61,116 bases of DNA from Nitrosopumilaceae archaeon (lineage in GTDB: Archaea; Thermoproteota; Nitrososphaeria; Nitrososphaerales; Nitrosopumilaceae): positions 1 to 61,116 of the forward strand of contig JBQTHA010000002.1 in the NCBI GenBank assembly GCA_052390375.1, given 5' to 3'. The notes below the pieces were generated by a model. It worked only from the letters and a program-made list of their open reading frames with translations. It was not told where the DNA came from and did no database searches. The translations under genes and the position numbers were made by a program. Shown piece after piece: positions 17,557 to 27,742 of the stretch; positions within the stretch are counted from its first letter, which is position 1; each line of letters begins with the position of its first letter.

Positions 17557-18702
17557 ATGGAAAAATCAGGAATTATAGTTGGCAGTATGCTAGGGGCCAC
17601 TGTAATTTTATTGGTATTTGCCTTTGTGATGATTCCTCCGCCCTCAATTAGTCCTCCTGAGATAATAGTTTCAAATGGACATGGTCCAAGTACTGTTGGT
17701 GAAGAAACTCCTCTATCTCTTGGAAAAGATCTTTCTTTAATTCAGATTTTTGAAAGAGCAGAGACAGGAGTAGTACGTGTTAACATTCAAAGATCTGAGG
17801 AAGTAGTTTCCACAAACGGAGTTGGGTCTGGATTTGTTTTTGATAAAAATGGGCATGTAATTACAAATGCTCATGTAGTTGAAAATTCTGATAAAGTCGT
17901 TGTAACCTTTCTTGATGGGCGTTCCTATAATGCAGAAGTGATTGGCGTAGACCCAGCTACTGATATTTCTGTAATTAGAGTTGATGCAGAGCCCTCTTTG
18001 TTAAAACCACTTTTAATTGGTGATTCTTCAAATCTAAAGGTTGGAATGCAGGTTGCTGCAATTGGAAACCCGTTTGGTCTTTCGGGTTCAATGACCTCAG
18101 GAATTGTCAGTGCATTAGGACGTTTATTGCCACAAGAATCTGGTTTTTCAATTCCTGATGTGATTCAAACTGATGCTGCTATTAATCCTGGAAACTCCGG
18201 AGGTCCACTTCTTAATTCAAGGGGAGAAGTTGTTGGGATAAACACAGCAATCCAATCTGCAACAGGAGAATTTACTGGAGTAGGATTTGCTATCCCATCA
18301 AATACAATTGCAAAGATTGTGCCCAAGCTAATATCAGATGGAACTTATCATCATCCATGGGTTGGAATAGCAGGAAGAGACATTAATCCTGATCTTGCAA
18401 AAATACTTCATCTAACTGATGCAAGAGGTTTTCTTATTGTCAATGTTGTTGAGGGAAGTCCTGCAGATAAAGCAGGACTAAAGGGGTCTTCAGAAACAAA
18501 AGATATTGATGGTATTGAATATCTTATTGGCGGCGACGTAGTATTATCAGTTGATGGAAACGTTGTACGAAAAATTGACGATATATTGATTCATCTTCAG
18601 CGCTACAAGTCAGTTGGAGATGAAATGGTTTTAGAGATCCTAAGAGATGGCAGAGTCACCAATATTGTGGTAAAGTTAGATGAAAGACCAGATTCAGGTT
18701 AA
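17557..18702 (+). CDS. htrA: HtrA/DegP-family serine protease with a PDZ domain
   Basis: N-terminal TM helix, catalytic motifs TNAHVV and GNSGGPL, and a C-terminal PDZ domain (..GSPADKAGLKG..). Confidence 0.9.
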   Translation: MEKSGIIVGSMLGATVILLVFAFVMIPPPSISPPEIIVSNGHGPSTVGEETPLSLGKDLSLIQIFERAETGVVRVNIQRSEEVVSTNGVGSGFVFDKNGHVITNAHVVENSDKVVVTFLDGRSYNAEVIGVDPATDISVIRVDAEPSLLKPLLIGDSSNLKVGMQVAAIGNPFGLSGSMTSGIVSALGRLLPQESGFSIPDVIQTDAAINPGNSGGPLLNSRGEVVGINTAIQSATGEFTGVGFAIPSNTIAKIVPKLISDGTYHHPWVGIAGRDINPDLAKILHLTDARGFLIVNVVEGSPADKAGLKGSSETKDIDGIEYLIGGDVVLSVDGNVVRKIDDILIHLQRYKSVGDEMVLEILRDGRVTNIVVKLDERPDSG

Positions 18703-18743
18703 ACACGATACAAGAATAAATACTTGGATTTAAGGTATTTCAG

Positions 18744-19916
18744 GTGTTGAGTAGGCTTGCTCTTAATTGTGATGCTCTAAACAAAGTTTTAGAGGGAAAA
18801 GAAATTCCAAAAGAAGAAGCTTATGAAATTTTTAACATTTCAAAATATCAATCTACAGAGATATTTGCAGCTGCAAAAATCTTACGAAATAAAAATCATG
18901 GAAATCTTGTCACTTTTTCAAAAAAGGCATTTTTTAATTTAGTAAATCTATGTCGCGACACCTGCACGTATTGTACCTACAAAGCAGATCCTGGAGAATC
19001 AAAACTTTCAATGATGTCAATACAGGATGTGCAAAATCTTGCCAAGCTTGCAAAAAAACATCAATGTGTTGAGGCATTATTTGTTACAGGAGAGCGCCCA
19101 GAGGAACGCTTTGAGCTAGCAAGAAGTTGGCTCAAAGAAAATGGCTTTGCAAACACTGTAGAATATCTTGTTTTTGCATCAGAGATTGCTTTAGCAGAAG
19201 GATTATTCCCTCATACAAATGCAGGAAATCTAACAAAGCATGAGCTAAAAGAACTAAAAAAATCAAATGTCAGCATGGGCCTCATGATTGAAAATGTTAG
19301 TGAACGCTTAACAGAAAAAGGAATGCCCCATCATCTTGCTCCAAGCAAATATCCAAAAGAGCGACTCAAAGTATTAGAAAACGCTGGACAATTAGGCATT
19401 CCCATGACAACTGGGGTTCTAGTTGGAATTGGCGAAACACCATTTGAGATAATTGACTCCATTTATGCGATCAAGGAGATTCATAAAAAATACGGAAACA
19501 TTCAAGAGATTATTTTGCAAAACTTTCATCCAAAACCTGACACTATAATGAAAGAACATCCGTCAGCTGAGGAAAACTACTTTAAGATAATGGTTGCATT
19601 GACTCGAATCATAATGCCTGAGATGAATTTACAAATTCCCCCAAATCTTTCCCCTACATCATATGAAAGATTCCTCTCGGTGGGAATTAACGATTGGGGA
19701 GGCATATCTCCACTGACTCCTGACCATGTAAATCCAGAGTTTTCCTGGCCTGAGATAAAAATTATTGAAATTAATTCACAAAATGCAGGCTATGAGTTAA
19801 AATGCAGATATCCGGTATACCCAGAATTTTTTTCCATGGTAGAATCATCACTTGTTGAAAAAATGTCTGAAATCAATGATGGAACTAATTTAGTTGGAGA
19901 AAACTATTGGCGCTAA
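18744..19916 (+). CDS. cofG: FO synthase subunit 1 (radical SAM)
   Basis: CRDTCTYCTY radical SAM motif; 390 aa; overlaps cofH by 10 nt. Confidence 0.87.
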   Translation: MLSRLALNCDALNKVLEGKEIPKEEAYEIFNISKYQSTEIFAAAKILRNKNHGNLVTFSKKAFFNLVNLCRDTCTYCTYKADPGESKLSMMSIQDVQNLAKLAKKHQCVEALFVTGERPEERFELARSWLKENGFANTVEYLVFASEIALAEGLFPHTNAGNLTKHELKELKKSNVSMGLMIENVSERLTEKGMPHHLAPSKYPKERLKVLENAGQLGIPMTTGVLVGIGETPFEIIDSIYAIKEIHKKYGNIQEIILQNFHPKPDTIMKEHPSAEENYFKIMVALTRIIMPEMNLQIPPNLSPTSYERFLSVGINDWGGISPLTPDHVNPEFSWPEIKIIEINSQNAGYELKCRYPVYPEFFSMVESSLVEKMSEINDGTNLVGENYWR

Positions 19917-21166
19917 GTAATTTAGATGTATTTTTCAAAGATGCGGATCCAGAAATAGCTGCTACACTAGACCGTGCACTTTCAGAAAAAGAAATCACTA
20001 CAGAGGAAGCTGCAAGGTTGTATGAAGCAAGAGGAATGGACTTTCATTTAGTGGGGGCAGTAGCTGACGAACTTCGAAAAAGAAGAGTTGGGGATTGTGT
20101 AACATATGTAATTAATCGCAACATCAACTTTACAAATGTATGCATCAAGCAATGTGGATTTTGTGCATTTAGCAGAGACTTTAGAGAAGAGGAAGGATAT
20201 TTTTTGCCAACTGAAGAAATTGTTAGGCGTGCAAAGGAAGCTCATCAGTTTGGAGCAACGGAGGTATGCATTCAGGCTGGAATTCCGCCAGACATGGATA
20301 GTGAATTATATGAGAACATTTGTCGTGCCATAAAGGCTGAGCTTCCAGATATTCATATTCACGGGTTTTCTCCTGAAGAGGTTTTGTATGGTGCAACTAG
20401 ATCGAAGATTTCAGTAAAGGAATATCTTGTGCGACTAAAAGAAGCAGGTGTAAATACACTTCCTGGTACGGCGGCTGAGATTTTAGATCAAACTATGAGA
20501 GATAAAATATCTCCTGGTAGAATTAGTGTGAAAGATTGGATCGATGTTATTAAAACTGCACACAAGCTAGGAATCGGAACAACATCAACTATGATGTTTG
20601 GTCATATTGAGAGCCCACATGACCGGGTGCAACATATTGCAAAGATTCGTGAGATTCAAAAAGAAACTGGAGGTTTTACTGAATTCGTTCCTTTAAATTT
20701 CATTTATCATGAAGCGCCAATGTACAAGCATGATTTACATCAAGGAATTAGACAAGGAGCTAACGCAAATGATGCACTTTTAACGCATGCAATAGCTAGG
20801 ATTATGCTCAATAACTATATCAAAAATATCCAAATGTCATGGGTAAAAGAAGGTCAAAGGATGTCACAGTTAATGCTAATGTGGGGTGCTAATGATTTTG
20901 GAGGGACTTTGATTAACGAAAGTATCTCGACTTCAGCTGGGGCTCAACATGGGCAGCTTCTCAAGCCAAAGGAGATTAGGCGCATGGTTCGTGAAATAAA
21001 TCGCACCCCTGCGCAGAGAAGCACCGATTACCAAATTTTGAGAACATTTGAAAATGAGAATGAGTATGAAGATGAGCTTGATTCAGTTGATGCTAAAAGA
21101 TTTGGTTCTTATTTTGAACTAATAAAAATCGACAAATACAAATACAAAAATCCAAGGCGATCTTAA
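19907..21166 (+). CDS. cofH: FO synthase subunit 2 (radical SAM)
   Basis: NFTNVCIKQCGFCAF motif; 419 aa; paired with cofG. Confidence 0.87.
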   Translation: MALSNLDVFFKDADPEIAATLDRALSEKEITTEEAARLYEARGMDFHLVGAVADELRKRRVGDCVTYVINRNINFTNVCIKQCGFCAFSRDFREEEGYFLPTEEIVRRAKEAHQFGATEVCIQAGIPPDMDSELYENICRAIKAELPDIHIHGFSPEEVLYGATRSKISVKEYLVRLKEAGVNTLPGTAAEILDQTMRDKISPGRISVKDWIDVIKTAHKLGIGTTSTMMFGHIESPHDRVQHIAKIREIQKETGGFTEFVPLNFIYHEAPMYKHDLHQGIRQGANANDALLTHAIARIMLNNYIKNIQMSWVKEGQRMSQLMLMWGANDFGGTLINESISTSAGAQHGQLLKPKEIRRMVREINRTPAQRSTDYQILRTFENENEYEDELDSVDAKRFGSYFELIKIDKYKYKNPRRS

Positions 21167-22528
21167 TTGTCTGCCTGTGATAGGGCACTTTCTCATGCAA
21201 AAAATTTACACGTTGAAGAGTGCGAAGCTATTTTTGTACAAAAGAAAATCATAACTGTTCGAATTACAGATTCAGAAATTGCTGAAATAAAACAAAACTA
21301 CGATAAAAACCTTGGAGTACGTGTTATTAATCAAAAAAGAATTTCTTCAGCGGGTACTAGTAATCCTGATGATGCAGTCAAAATTGTAGAGTTGGCTTTA
21401 GATTCATCTAATCTAGCAAGACCTAAAGAATTCTGGAAGGCGTTACCATCTGAATTTAAAAGATTATCTAGAATTGAAAAACTTTATGATAAAAAACTAG
21501 TTGAAATAACTGGGACCCAAGCAGCTGACATTGCCCAGACTATGATTAATGCTGCTTCTCATTCTAAAGTATCTAACATTACTGGGTCACTGAATATAGT
21601 TTCAGAAAATGTAGAAATTGCTAACACAAATGGTCTGAATTGCGCTGATGACGCAACTTACATTTCTGGAACCATTAATGCTGATTCTGAGGAAGGAAGT
21701 TCACCAGTTTCTGGAATTGGACAAGCAAGCTGTCGCACTTTGGGTGCTTTTTCTGCTAAATCAGTAGGGTGTGATGCCGCAGAGATGTGTGTTGGTTCTA
21801 TCAATCCACAAAAACCAGAAGCTGGTGAATACAGTATTATTTTTGATCCATATTCTGTGGGAGAGTTATTGGCTTTTGTTTTTGCATCAAACTTTAGTCT
21901 AAAAACTTACTGTGATAAAAAAAGCTGTTTTTCAGACAAGCTTGATTCTAAAATTGCAGTTGATAATTTTAATTTGATTGATGATGCACATGCACCTGAA
22001 GGTATTGGCAGTAAGATTTTTGATGATGAAGGATTTGCAACAAAGCCAAGACAGTTAATTGAAAACGGAGTCTTTCGAGGTCTTTATTCTGATTTGTTTA
22101 ATGCCTACAAAGAAGGAAAAGAGTCATCTGGAAATGCAACTAGAATAGGCTCTCCGATGGGTCGAAGTGCAGAACCCATTCCTGTACCTGCTCCACATAA
22201 CATGAGAATTTTGGGGGATGGGATGAGTAGGGATGAAATCATCAAGGAGACCAAAAAAGGATTGCTGGTTGGAAGACTCTGGTATACGTACGCCGTCAAT
22301 CCAACTCGAGGAGATTTTTCTTGTACGGCAAGAAGTGGAATCCGAATTATTGAAAATGGAAAGGTAAAAGCTCCTGGAACATCAGTTAGAATTGTTCATA
22401 ATTTGCCAGTAATGTTACAAAACATTTCAGGAATAGGCAATGATTCAAAAAATGTTTTACAGTGGGCATCGTTGCCTTCGATTGCACCAACTGTAAGGGC
22501 TGAACGAATCAAAGTAATTCCAATTTAA
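21167..22528 (+). CDS. PmbA/TldD-family protein (PmbA/TldE-like; no HExxxH motif visible)
   Basis: 453 aa with a family-typical C-terminal region (..GLLVGRLWYTY..GDFSCTARSGIRIIENGK..). TTG start directly abuts the cofH stop. Confidence 0.8.
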   Translation: MSACDRALSHAKNLHVEECEAIFVQKKIITVRITDSEIAEIKQNYDKNLGVRVINQKRISSAGTSNPDDAVKIVELALDSSNLARPKEFWKALPSEFKRLSRIEKLYDKKLVEITGTQAADIAQTMINAASHSKVSNITGSLNIVSENVEIANTNGLNCADDATYISGTINADSEEGSSPVSGIGQASCRTLGAFSAKSVGCDAAEMCVGSINPQKPEAGEYSIIFDPYSVGELLAFVFASNFSLKTYCDKKSCFSDKLDSKIAVDNFNLIDDAHAPEGIGSKIFDDEGFATKPRQLIENGVFRGLYSDLFNAYKEGKESSGNATRIGSPMGRSAEPIPVPAPHNMRILGDGMSRDEIIKETKKGLLVGRLWYTYAVNPTRGDFSCTARSGIRIIENGKVKAPGTSVRIVHNLPVMLQNISGIGNDSKNVLQWASLPSIAPTVRAERIKVIPI

Positions 22529-22625
22529 TTCTGAGCTAAAAACTAGTTATAGAAAAAATAAAATATATTTATTTATCAAAATCTGAATTTTGGATACCTA
22601 GATTATTTTTGATTTTTTCATGGAG

Positions 22626-22633
22626 TTTAAATA
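22626..22633 (+). promoter_or_regulatory. TATA-box candidate for mscL
   Basis: TTTAAATA centred about 28 nt upstream of the ATG at 22658. Confidence 0.4.
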
Positions 22634-22657
22634 GAGTCCATATTCTCTTGTTTTTTA

Positions 22658-23029
22658 ATGTCTGACACACAGCCTACACCAAAACCAAAATCATTGATGG
22701 AACAATTCATGGAATTTCTCAAAACATTTGGAATAATTGGCTTGGCTATTGCATTTGTTATAGGTGCGGCTTCCTCAAAGTTGATAACAGCATTTGTTAA
22801 CGACTTGGTCAATCCTTTAGTAGGCCTAGCCTTACCCTCAGGAAGTTTGAAAGAATTATCCTACAGCGTAACGAACTCGGTAACTGGCGTAACATCAACA
22901 TTTGCCTATGGAGACCTGATTGCAAATATAATTGACTTTGTAATTATTGCCTTCTTAGTCTTCTTGATGTACAAGATATTATCACGTAATCCTATATTTG
23001 GAGTAGAGGACAAGACTAAACCCAAATAA
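22658..23029 (+). CDS. mscL: Large-conductance mechanosensitive channel
   Basis: ..FLKTFGIIGLAIAFVIGAASSKLITAFVNDLVNPLVG.. is an MscL TM1 signature; 123 aa with 2 TM helices. Confidence 0.9.
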   Translation: MSDTQPTPKPKSLMEQFMEFLKTFGIIGLAIAFVIGAASSKLITAFVNDLVNPLVGLALPSGSLKELSYSVTNSVTGVTSTFAYGDLIANIIDFVIIAFLVFLMYKILSRNPIFGVEDKTKPK

Positions 23030-23036
23030 TTTTTTT
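23030..23036 (+). terminator. Oligo-T terminator candidate after mscL
   Basis: T7 run directly after the stop codon. Confidence 0.3.
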
Positions 23037-23146
23037 CGTGTAGCTTCATCCATAACAATCAAAGTAGATCTGACTTGCGATCAAACATCAGGATCGTACT
23101 AGTTGAAAAAAGGAATCTAGATAGTTCAACAAAGTTTCATCTCAAA

Positions 23147-23156
23147 GTTAATAAGG
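23147..23156 (+). promoter_or_regulatory. TATA-box candidate for the 23179 gene
   Basis: GTTAATAAGG centred about 28 nt upstream of the ATG at 23179. Confidence 0.35.
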
Positions 23157-23162
23157 TAAAGT

Positions 23163-23178
23163 ACGGTACCAATACCGT
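23163..23178. promoter_or_regulatory. Perfect inverted repeat ACGGTA-CCAA-TACCGT between the TATA candidate and the start codon (operator-like)
   Basis: Read directly from the sequence. It abuts the ATG of a putative winged-helix protein, the classic position for an archaeal repressor site. Confidence 0.35.
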
Positions 23179-23544
23179 ATGATGAGAGCACGATTAACTT
23201 ACATCCCAGTCGAGGTAGCAGACCAATTTGGGGATTTTATCATAAAGCGCGATGAGCAGATCTTAGATGCAGTAAGAGCACGAACACGAGATTTTAGCAC
23301 CTTGTCGCTGTTAAAGCTATTATATCAGGTACGAGGCGAGTCTATGACATTTTCTGATCTGTACTCCAAATCCAAAATACGAATGAAAAGATCATTTCTT
23401 AACTATCTGCACCTTTGTGTTGACTATAACTTTCTTGAAAAAAAATCAGTAGGACAGAATATGATCTATTCAATCACTGACAAAGGCATGACAATGTTGA
23501 ATTTGTTTATGCAAAAAACAAGTGTAAAAGATGAATCCATATGA
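23179..23544 (+). CDS. Putative winged-helix DNA-binding protein
   Basis: 121 aa. The segment ..MTFSDLYSKSKIRMKRSFLNYLHLCVDYNFLEKKSVGQNMIYSITDKG.. has a wHTH-like pattern; no family verified. Confidence 0.5.
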   Translation: MMRARLTYIPVEVADQFGDFIIKRDEQILDAVRARTRDFSTLSLLKLLYQVRGESMTFSDLYSKSKIRMKRSFLNYLHLCVDYNFLEKKSVGQNMIYSITDKGMTMLNLFMQKTSVKDESI

Positions 23545-23720
23545 ATGCAGATGAGCGAAGATCACATAGATTGAATCAACTTTTACAAATATATCTTAGA
23601 CAACGAGACGAGCAAGCCCTGTATCAAAGAGCAAAGAATTTGGGGGTATCAGATGCAACAGCTAAAGATTATCTAAGAACAGTTATAATTCGAGCAAAGA
23701 CGGTAAAAAAATTAAATTAA
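23541..23720 (+). CDS. Small (59 aa) basic protein with an HTH-like segment, hypothetical
   Basis: Hand translation gives MNADERRSHRLNQLLQIYLRQRDEQALYQRAKNLGVSDATAKDYLRTVIIRAKTVKKLN. ATGA start/stop overlap with the upstream gene; below the ORF-track cutoff. Confidence 0.4.
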   Translation: MNADERRSHRLNQLLQIYLRQRDEQALYQRAKNLGVSDATAKDYLRTVIIRAKTVKKLN

Positions 23721-23783
23721 AAATTATGTCTAAAACTGACTAAACAATGACATTTTAAACCCAAAATAGAATACTAGTTTGAT

Positions 23784-24095
23784 TTGCCACAGTTAAAACT
23801 GAAAGGGTCAGGGGGCTCAGTCGTAGCAGAAGTAAATGATGAGCAAGCAAAAAAAGCAGATTTGGGGGTAGGAGAATTATTTTTGGCCCCATTAGGAAGA
23901 CTAGATGAAGAAAAAATTTTAAAATATTACTGTAAAAAATGTGATGCAGAATTTGAAAAACCTCCAAAAATTGAATTTGAAAACCCAAATGAGGAGGTTG
24001 CACCAGGTATGATATTGAAAGAAAAAGGTCAGTATACATGTCACCAGTGTGATTCTAAGATTGGCGAATACAGAGAATTTTCAAAACAAGGATAG
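23784..24095 (+). CDS. Zinc-ribbon protein, hypothetical
   Basis: CKKCDAEF...CHQCDSK. The TTG start is uncertain. The antisense L-rich ORF at 23755..24039 is judged spurious. Confidence 0.5.
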   Translation: MPQLKLKGSGGSVVAEVNDEQAKKADLGVGELFLAPLGRLDEEKILKYYCKKCDAEFEKPPKIEFENPNEEVAPGMILKEKGQYTCHQCDSKIGEYREFSKQG

Positions 24096-24175
24096 ATCAA
24101 GCTAGAAAATTCTAATAATTGATTGCAACTATCGTATTGATAAAAGTAATTAGACCCAAGAATTTGATGTAATGA

Positions 24176-24904
24176 ATGCAACAAGGGGTATTTCCAGAAG
24201 CGGAAGTATTTGAGATAAAAAAAGTAAATTACAACTCTCCAATTATATTTGCTGGATTTGTTGGTGCAGGGCTGGCAGGTCCAATATCTGTTGGATATAT
24301 TATTGAAAAGCTAAAAATGGAAGAAGTTGCGTATATGAGATCAAAATATCTGCCACCATCAACTGTTTTTATTCATGGAATGTTAAGACATCCATTTCGT
24401 TTTTACTCAAATAAAGACGGAACTATTTGTGCAATAATTTGTGAGATCACATTAAGAATGGATGGTCTGTACACATTGGTAGCTGCAATATTAGATTGGG
24501 CAGAACAAAAAGGCTCACATGAAATTGTAATCCTAGATGGTGTTGCAAGTGATAGTCATGATGATAAAGCGTATTGTGCAGCAGAAGAAGATCTTTGCAG
24601 AATAATGCAAGAGAAGGGAATCAGTATGATTAGGCAGGGGTTCATTACTGGAATGCCAGGCGGAATTCTCAACGAGTGCATGATGCGTGAAATTCGAGGT
24701 GTGTCTTTTCTTGTAAAAGCAAACCACACGCAACCAGACCCTGTAGCTGCTGCAACTCTAGTGGATGCAGTAAATAGAGCATATCAAACAAATATTGACA
24801 CTGAAGACCTTAAAAAACAAACAGAAAAACTTGGTGCCGATTTTAAAGAACTTTCTGAAAAATATTCAGAAGATAGGAAAACAGACGCAGGAATGTACAT
24901 GTAA
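24176..24904 (+). CDS. PAC2-family (proteasome assembly chaperone-like) protein, paralog 2
   Basis: ..IIFAGFVGAGLAGPISVGYIIEKL.. N-terminal pattern and the 242-aa size. Confidence 0.6.
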   Translation: MQQGVFPEAEVFEIKKVNYNSPIIFAGFVGAGLAGPISVGYIIEKLKMEEVAYMRSKYLPPSTVFIHGMLRHPFRFYSNKDGTICAIICEITLRMDGLYTLVAAILDWAEQKGSHEIVILDGVASDSHDDKAYCAAEEDLCRIMQEKGISMIRQGFITGMPGGILNECMMREIRGVSFLVKANHTQPDPVAAATLVDAVNRAYQTNIDTEDLKKQTEKLGADFKELSEKYSEDRKTDAGMYM

Positions 24905-24967
24905 CATTTTGATTGACTTGAATTCATATTACCAAAATCCCGATCTTGCATCAGGCAGGCACAATTT

Positions 24968-25990
24968 ATGGCAATAACCTACAAAAGCGCAGGAGTAGAT
25001 GTCTCAAAAATTAAACAGAGTCAGGCCGCAATAGGTAAAATCATTTCTTCAACTCACGGTCTCTCAAAAATAGCAAAAATTGCTCATGGGTTTGGCCATT
25101 ACGCTGGAATTGTTGAGATTTCCGGAGGCAATCTTTTGGCAACTCATACCGATGGAGTTGGCACTAAGGTAATGATTGCAAACATGATGAAAAAATACGA
25201 TACAGTAGGCATTGATTGTGTGGCAATGAATGTTAATGATATAATTTGCGTCGGTGCAACTCCAATTTCATTTGTTGATTATATTGCAGCAAACAAAAAC
25301 GATCAAGAAATATTCAAAAAAATTGTTGAAGGATTGGCAAAGGGTGCAAAAAAAGCTGGAGTTCCAATAGTTGGTGGTGAAACTGCAATCATGCCAGACC
25401 TAATTGCTGGAAAGGGTTTTGGTTTTGATCTTGCAGGAATGGTAGTAGGTCTTCTTTCAAAAAAACAAATGGTTTTAGGAAATTCGATTAAACCAGGAGA
25501 TGTAATAATTGGTGCAAAAAGTACTGGCTTGCACTCTAATGGATATTCGTTGGCAAGAAAGATCTTGCTTTCAAAGTATTCAATTAAAGATAAAATAACA
25601 GGGGTAGGGGTTTTAGGAAATTCGCTTTTATCTCCAACTGAAATTTATGTAAAACCAGTTTTAGAAATGCTTGATAAATGTATGATTAATGGTCTTGCGC
25701 ACATTACTGGTGGTGCATTTACCAAACTTTTACGATTAAAAAAAACTGGTTTTAATTTGGATAGTATGCCTAACCCTCCTCCAATATTTGGATTAATACA
25801 TGAGTGTGGAGTAAAAACAGATGAAATGTACAATACATTTAACATGGGAGTGGGATTTTGTGTTGTTTCACCAAAAGATCAAGCTGCAAAAATAAAATCT
25901 ATTTTTCGTAAACATAAAATTGTGAGTCAGGAAATTGGAAACATTACTAACAAAAAAGGTGTCTTTGTAAATTCCAAAAGGATTGCATAG
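24968..25990 (+). CDS. purM: Phosphoribosylformylglycinamidine cyclo-ligase (AIR synthetase)
   Basis: YKSAGVD.., ..THTDGVGTK.., ..GGETA.. motifs; 340 aa. Confidence 0.95.
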   Translation: MAITYKSAGVDVSKIKQSQAAIGKIISSTHGLSKIAKIAHGFGHYAGIVEISGGNLLATHTDGVGTKVMIANMMKKYDTVGIDCVAMNVNDIICVGATPISFVDYIAANKNDQEIFKKIVEGLAKGAKKAGVPIVGGETAIMPDLIAGKGFGFDLAGMVVGLLSKKQMVLGNSIKPGDVIIGAKSTGLHSNGYSLARKILLSKYSIKDKITGVGVLGNSLLSPTEIYVKPVLEMLDKCMINGLAHITGGAFTKLLRLKKTGFNLDSMPNPPPIFGLIHECGVKTDEMYNTFNMGVGFCVVSPKDQAAKIKSIFRKHKIVSQEIGNITNKKGVFVNSKRIA

Positions 25991-26144
25991 TAATTAGTCA
26001 GTTTTTCTAATTGAATCCCTTCCTGCACGTTTCATTTTTGAAGTTTAGCTAAATTAATTTATCAAATTCATAATTTCACATGCAATTTTTTGTAGAAATA
26101 GAGATATATGAAATGACATGAGGAATCTATGAGGTAAAAATTAA

Positions 26145-27557
26145 TTGAAAGGGGTCACGGTAATTGCAGGAATCATTCTTGTAGCCATAATCGCTATGCT
26201 GTTTACTTTACCAGATTTGATTGGACTTGAGATAACTATTGCAATGGCGCTAACCCTATCAGTTTTGATTGGTATTTTCGTGATTTTGGTTACTGAATCT
26301 TTCCATAGGACGACAGTTGCAATGTTTGGGGCACTTGTAATTATCATTATTCTATTTCAAACTGAAATAATTCCAGCACATGATACCGTTGACTTCGTAA
26401 TAGGTGCCATTGATTTCAACACAATTGGATTACTTTTAGGAATGATGATAATTGTTGGAATACTTGGAGAGACTGGCATCTTTCAGTATATAGGAATTCG
26501 TGCAGCAAAATTGGCCAAGGGAAACGTCTGGAAACTGATGATAATGTTTTCAATATTAACAGCAGTTGCTTCTGCATTTTTGGACAATGTGACTATAATT
26601 CTTCTAATGGTTCCTGTTACTATTTCTGTTGCTAGAGTTGTGAACATAAATCCATTGCCTATAATACTTGCTGAAATTTTTGCATCAAATATTGGGGGGA
26701 CAGCTACTATTATTGGAGATCCCCCAAATATCATGATTGCATCTGCTGCAAACATTGATTTTATCAACTTTGCATATCATATGACTCCAATAGTTTTCAT
26801 AACATTTGGAGCCTCTTTATTATTACTTAAAATCATGTTTAGAAAAGATCTTAAACAAACACCTGAACATGTAGATAAACTTCAGCTAATTGATGTAAAA
26901 AAAGAAATTAAAGATATGGAGTTACTCAAGAAAAGCGCAATAATTCTTTTTGGAGTAATTATTGCATTTATGTTCCATGGATATCTAGACATTGAGGTAT
27001 CTATTATTGCTCTAGCTGGCGCTGCCATTCTTTTGCTAATTACAAGAATGCATCCTGTAAAGGTATTTACTCATGTAGACTGGCCGCTTTTACTTTTTTT
27101 CGCAGGATTATTTGTTATTGTTTCAGGTGTAGAATTAACTGGAGCACTTGAAATCCTGGCCAATGAAATGGTGAATGTAACTGGAAGAAATTTAGATACT
27201 ACATCCATCCTTATCATTTGGACATCAGCTTTTGCTTCTGCCTTTATAGACAATATTCCCTTTACCGCTACGATGATTCCAATAATTGAAAACATTTCAG
27301 AAAATCCAGCTATCGCAAGCTCGTTATCAAATCTATCATACAATCCACTATGGTATGCTCTTGCAATTGGTGCAGATTTTGGAGGAAATGCTACCTTGAT
27401 TGGTGCAAGCGCAAATCTCGTTGCCATTGGGGTTGCAGAAAGGTACGGTTATCGCATTTCTTTCCGAGAATTCCTCATAAAGGGGGTTCCGTACATGATT
27501 GCGACAGTGGGAATTGCTACAGCTTTATTTTATATGAGACTAGTAATTAATTTTTAA
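26145..27557 (+). CDS. ArsB/NhaD-superfamily permease (citrate-transporter-like anion permease)
   Basis: 470 aa and polytopic, with the duplicated motif ..FLDNVTIILLMVPVT.. / ..FIDNIPFTATMIPII.. typical of this superfamily. Confidence 0.8.
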   Translation: MKGVTVIAGIILVAIIAMLFTLPDLIGLEITIAMALTLSVLIGIFVILVTESFHRTTVAMFGALVIIIILFQTEIIPAHDTVDFVIGAIDFNTIGLLLGMMIIVGILGETGIFQYIGIRAAKLAKGNVWKLMIMFSILTAVASAFLDNVTIILLMVPVTISVARVVNINPLPIILAEIFASNIGGTATIIGDPPNIMIASAANIDFINFAYHMTPIVFITFGASLLLLKIMFRKDLKQTPEHVDKLQLIDVKKEIKDMELLKKSAIILFGVIIAFMFHGYLDIEVSIIALAGAAILLLITRMHPVKVFTHVDWPLLLFFAGLFVIVSGVELTGALEILANEMVNVTGRNLDTTSILIIWTSAFASAFIDNIPFTATMIPIIENISENPAIASSLSNLSYNPLWYALAIGADFGGNATLIGASANLVAIGVAERYGYRISFREFLIKGVPYMIATVGIATALFYMRLVINF

Positions 27558-27742
27558 TAATTCATTTTCTTTTTATGTGACTATGTTGTAAATTTAGTAT
27601 GATTCTAGACAAGACTTTTCTAATGCAAATTGAAATATTGATTGAACAAACTGTTCCCAATCCAATAAATTTTTTTAATGTTGACTCATATATTGAATCT
27701 AAAAATCTTAAATTACACGAGAATTAGAATTGTGTAAGTGGT

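Noticed and set aside
23755-24039. 94-aa L-rich minus-strand ORF
   Set aside because: It has a low-complexity L/H/F-rich translation antisense to a zinc-ribbon ORF with paired CxxC motifs, so the plus-strand frame is preferred.
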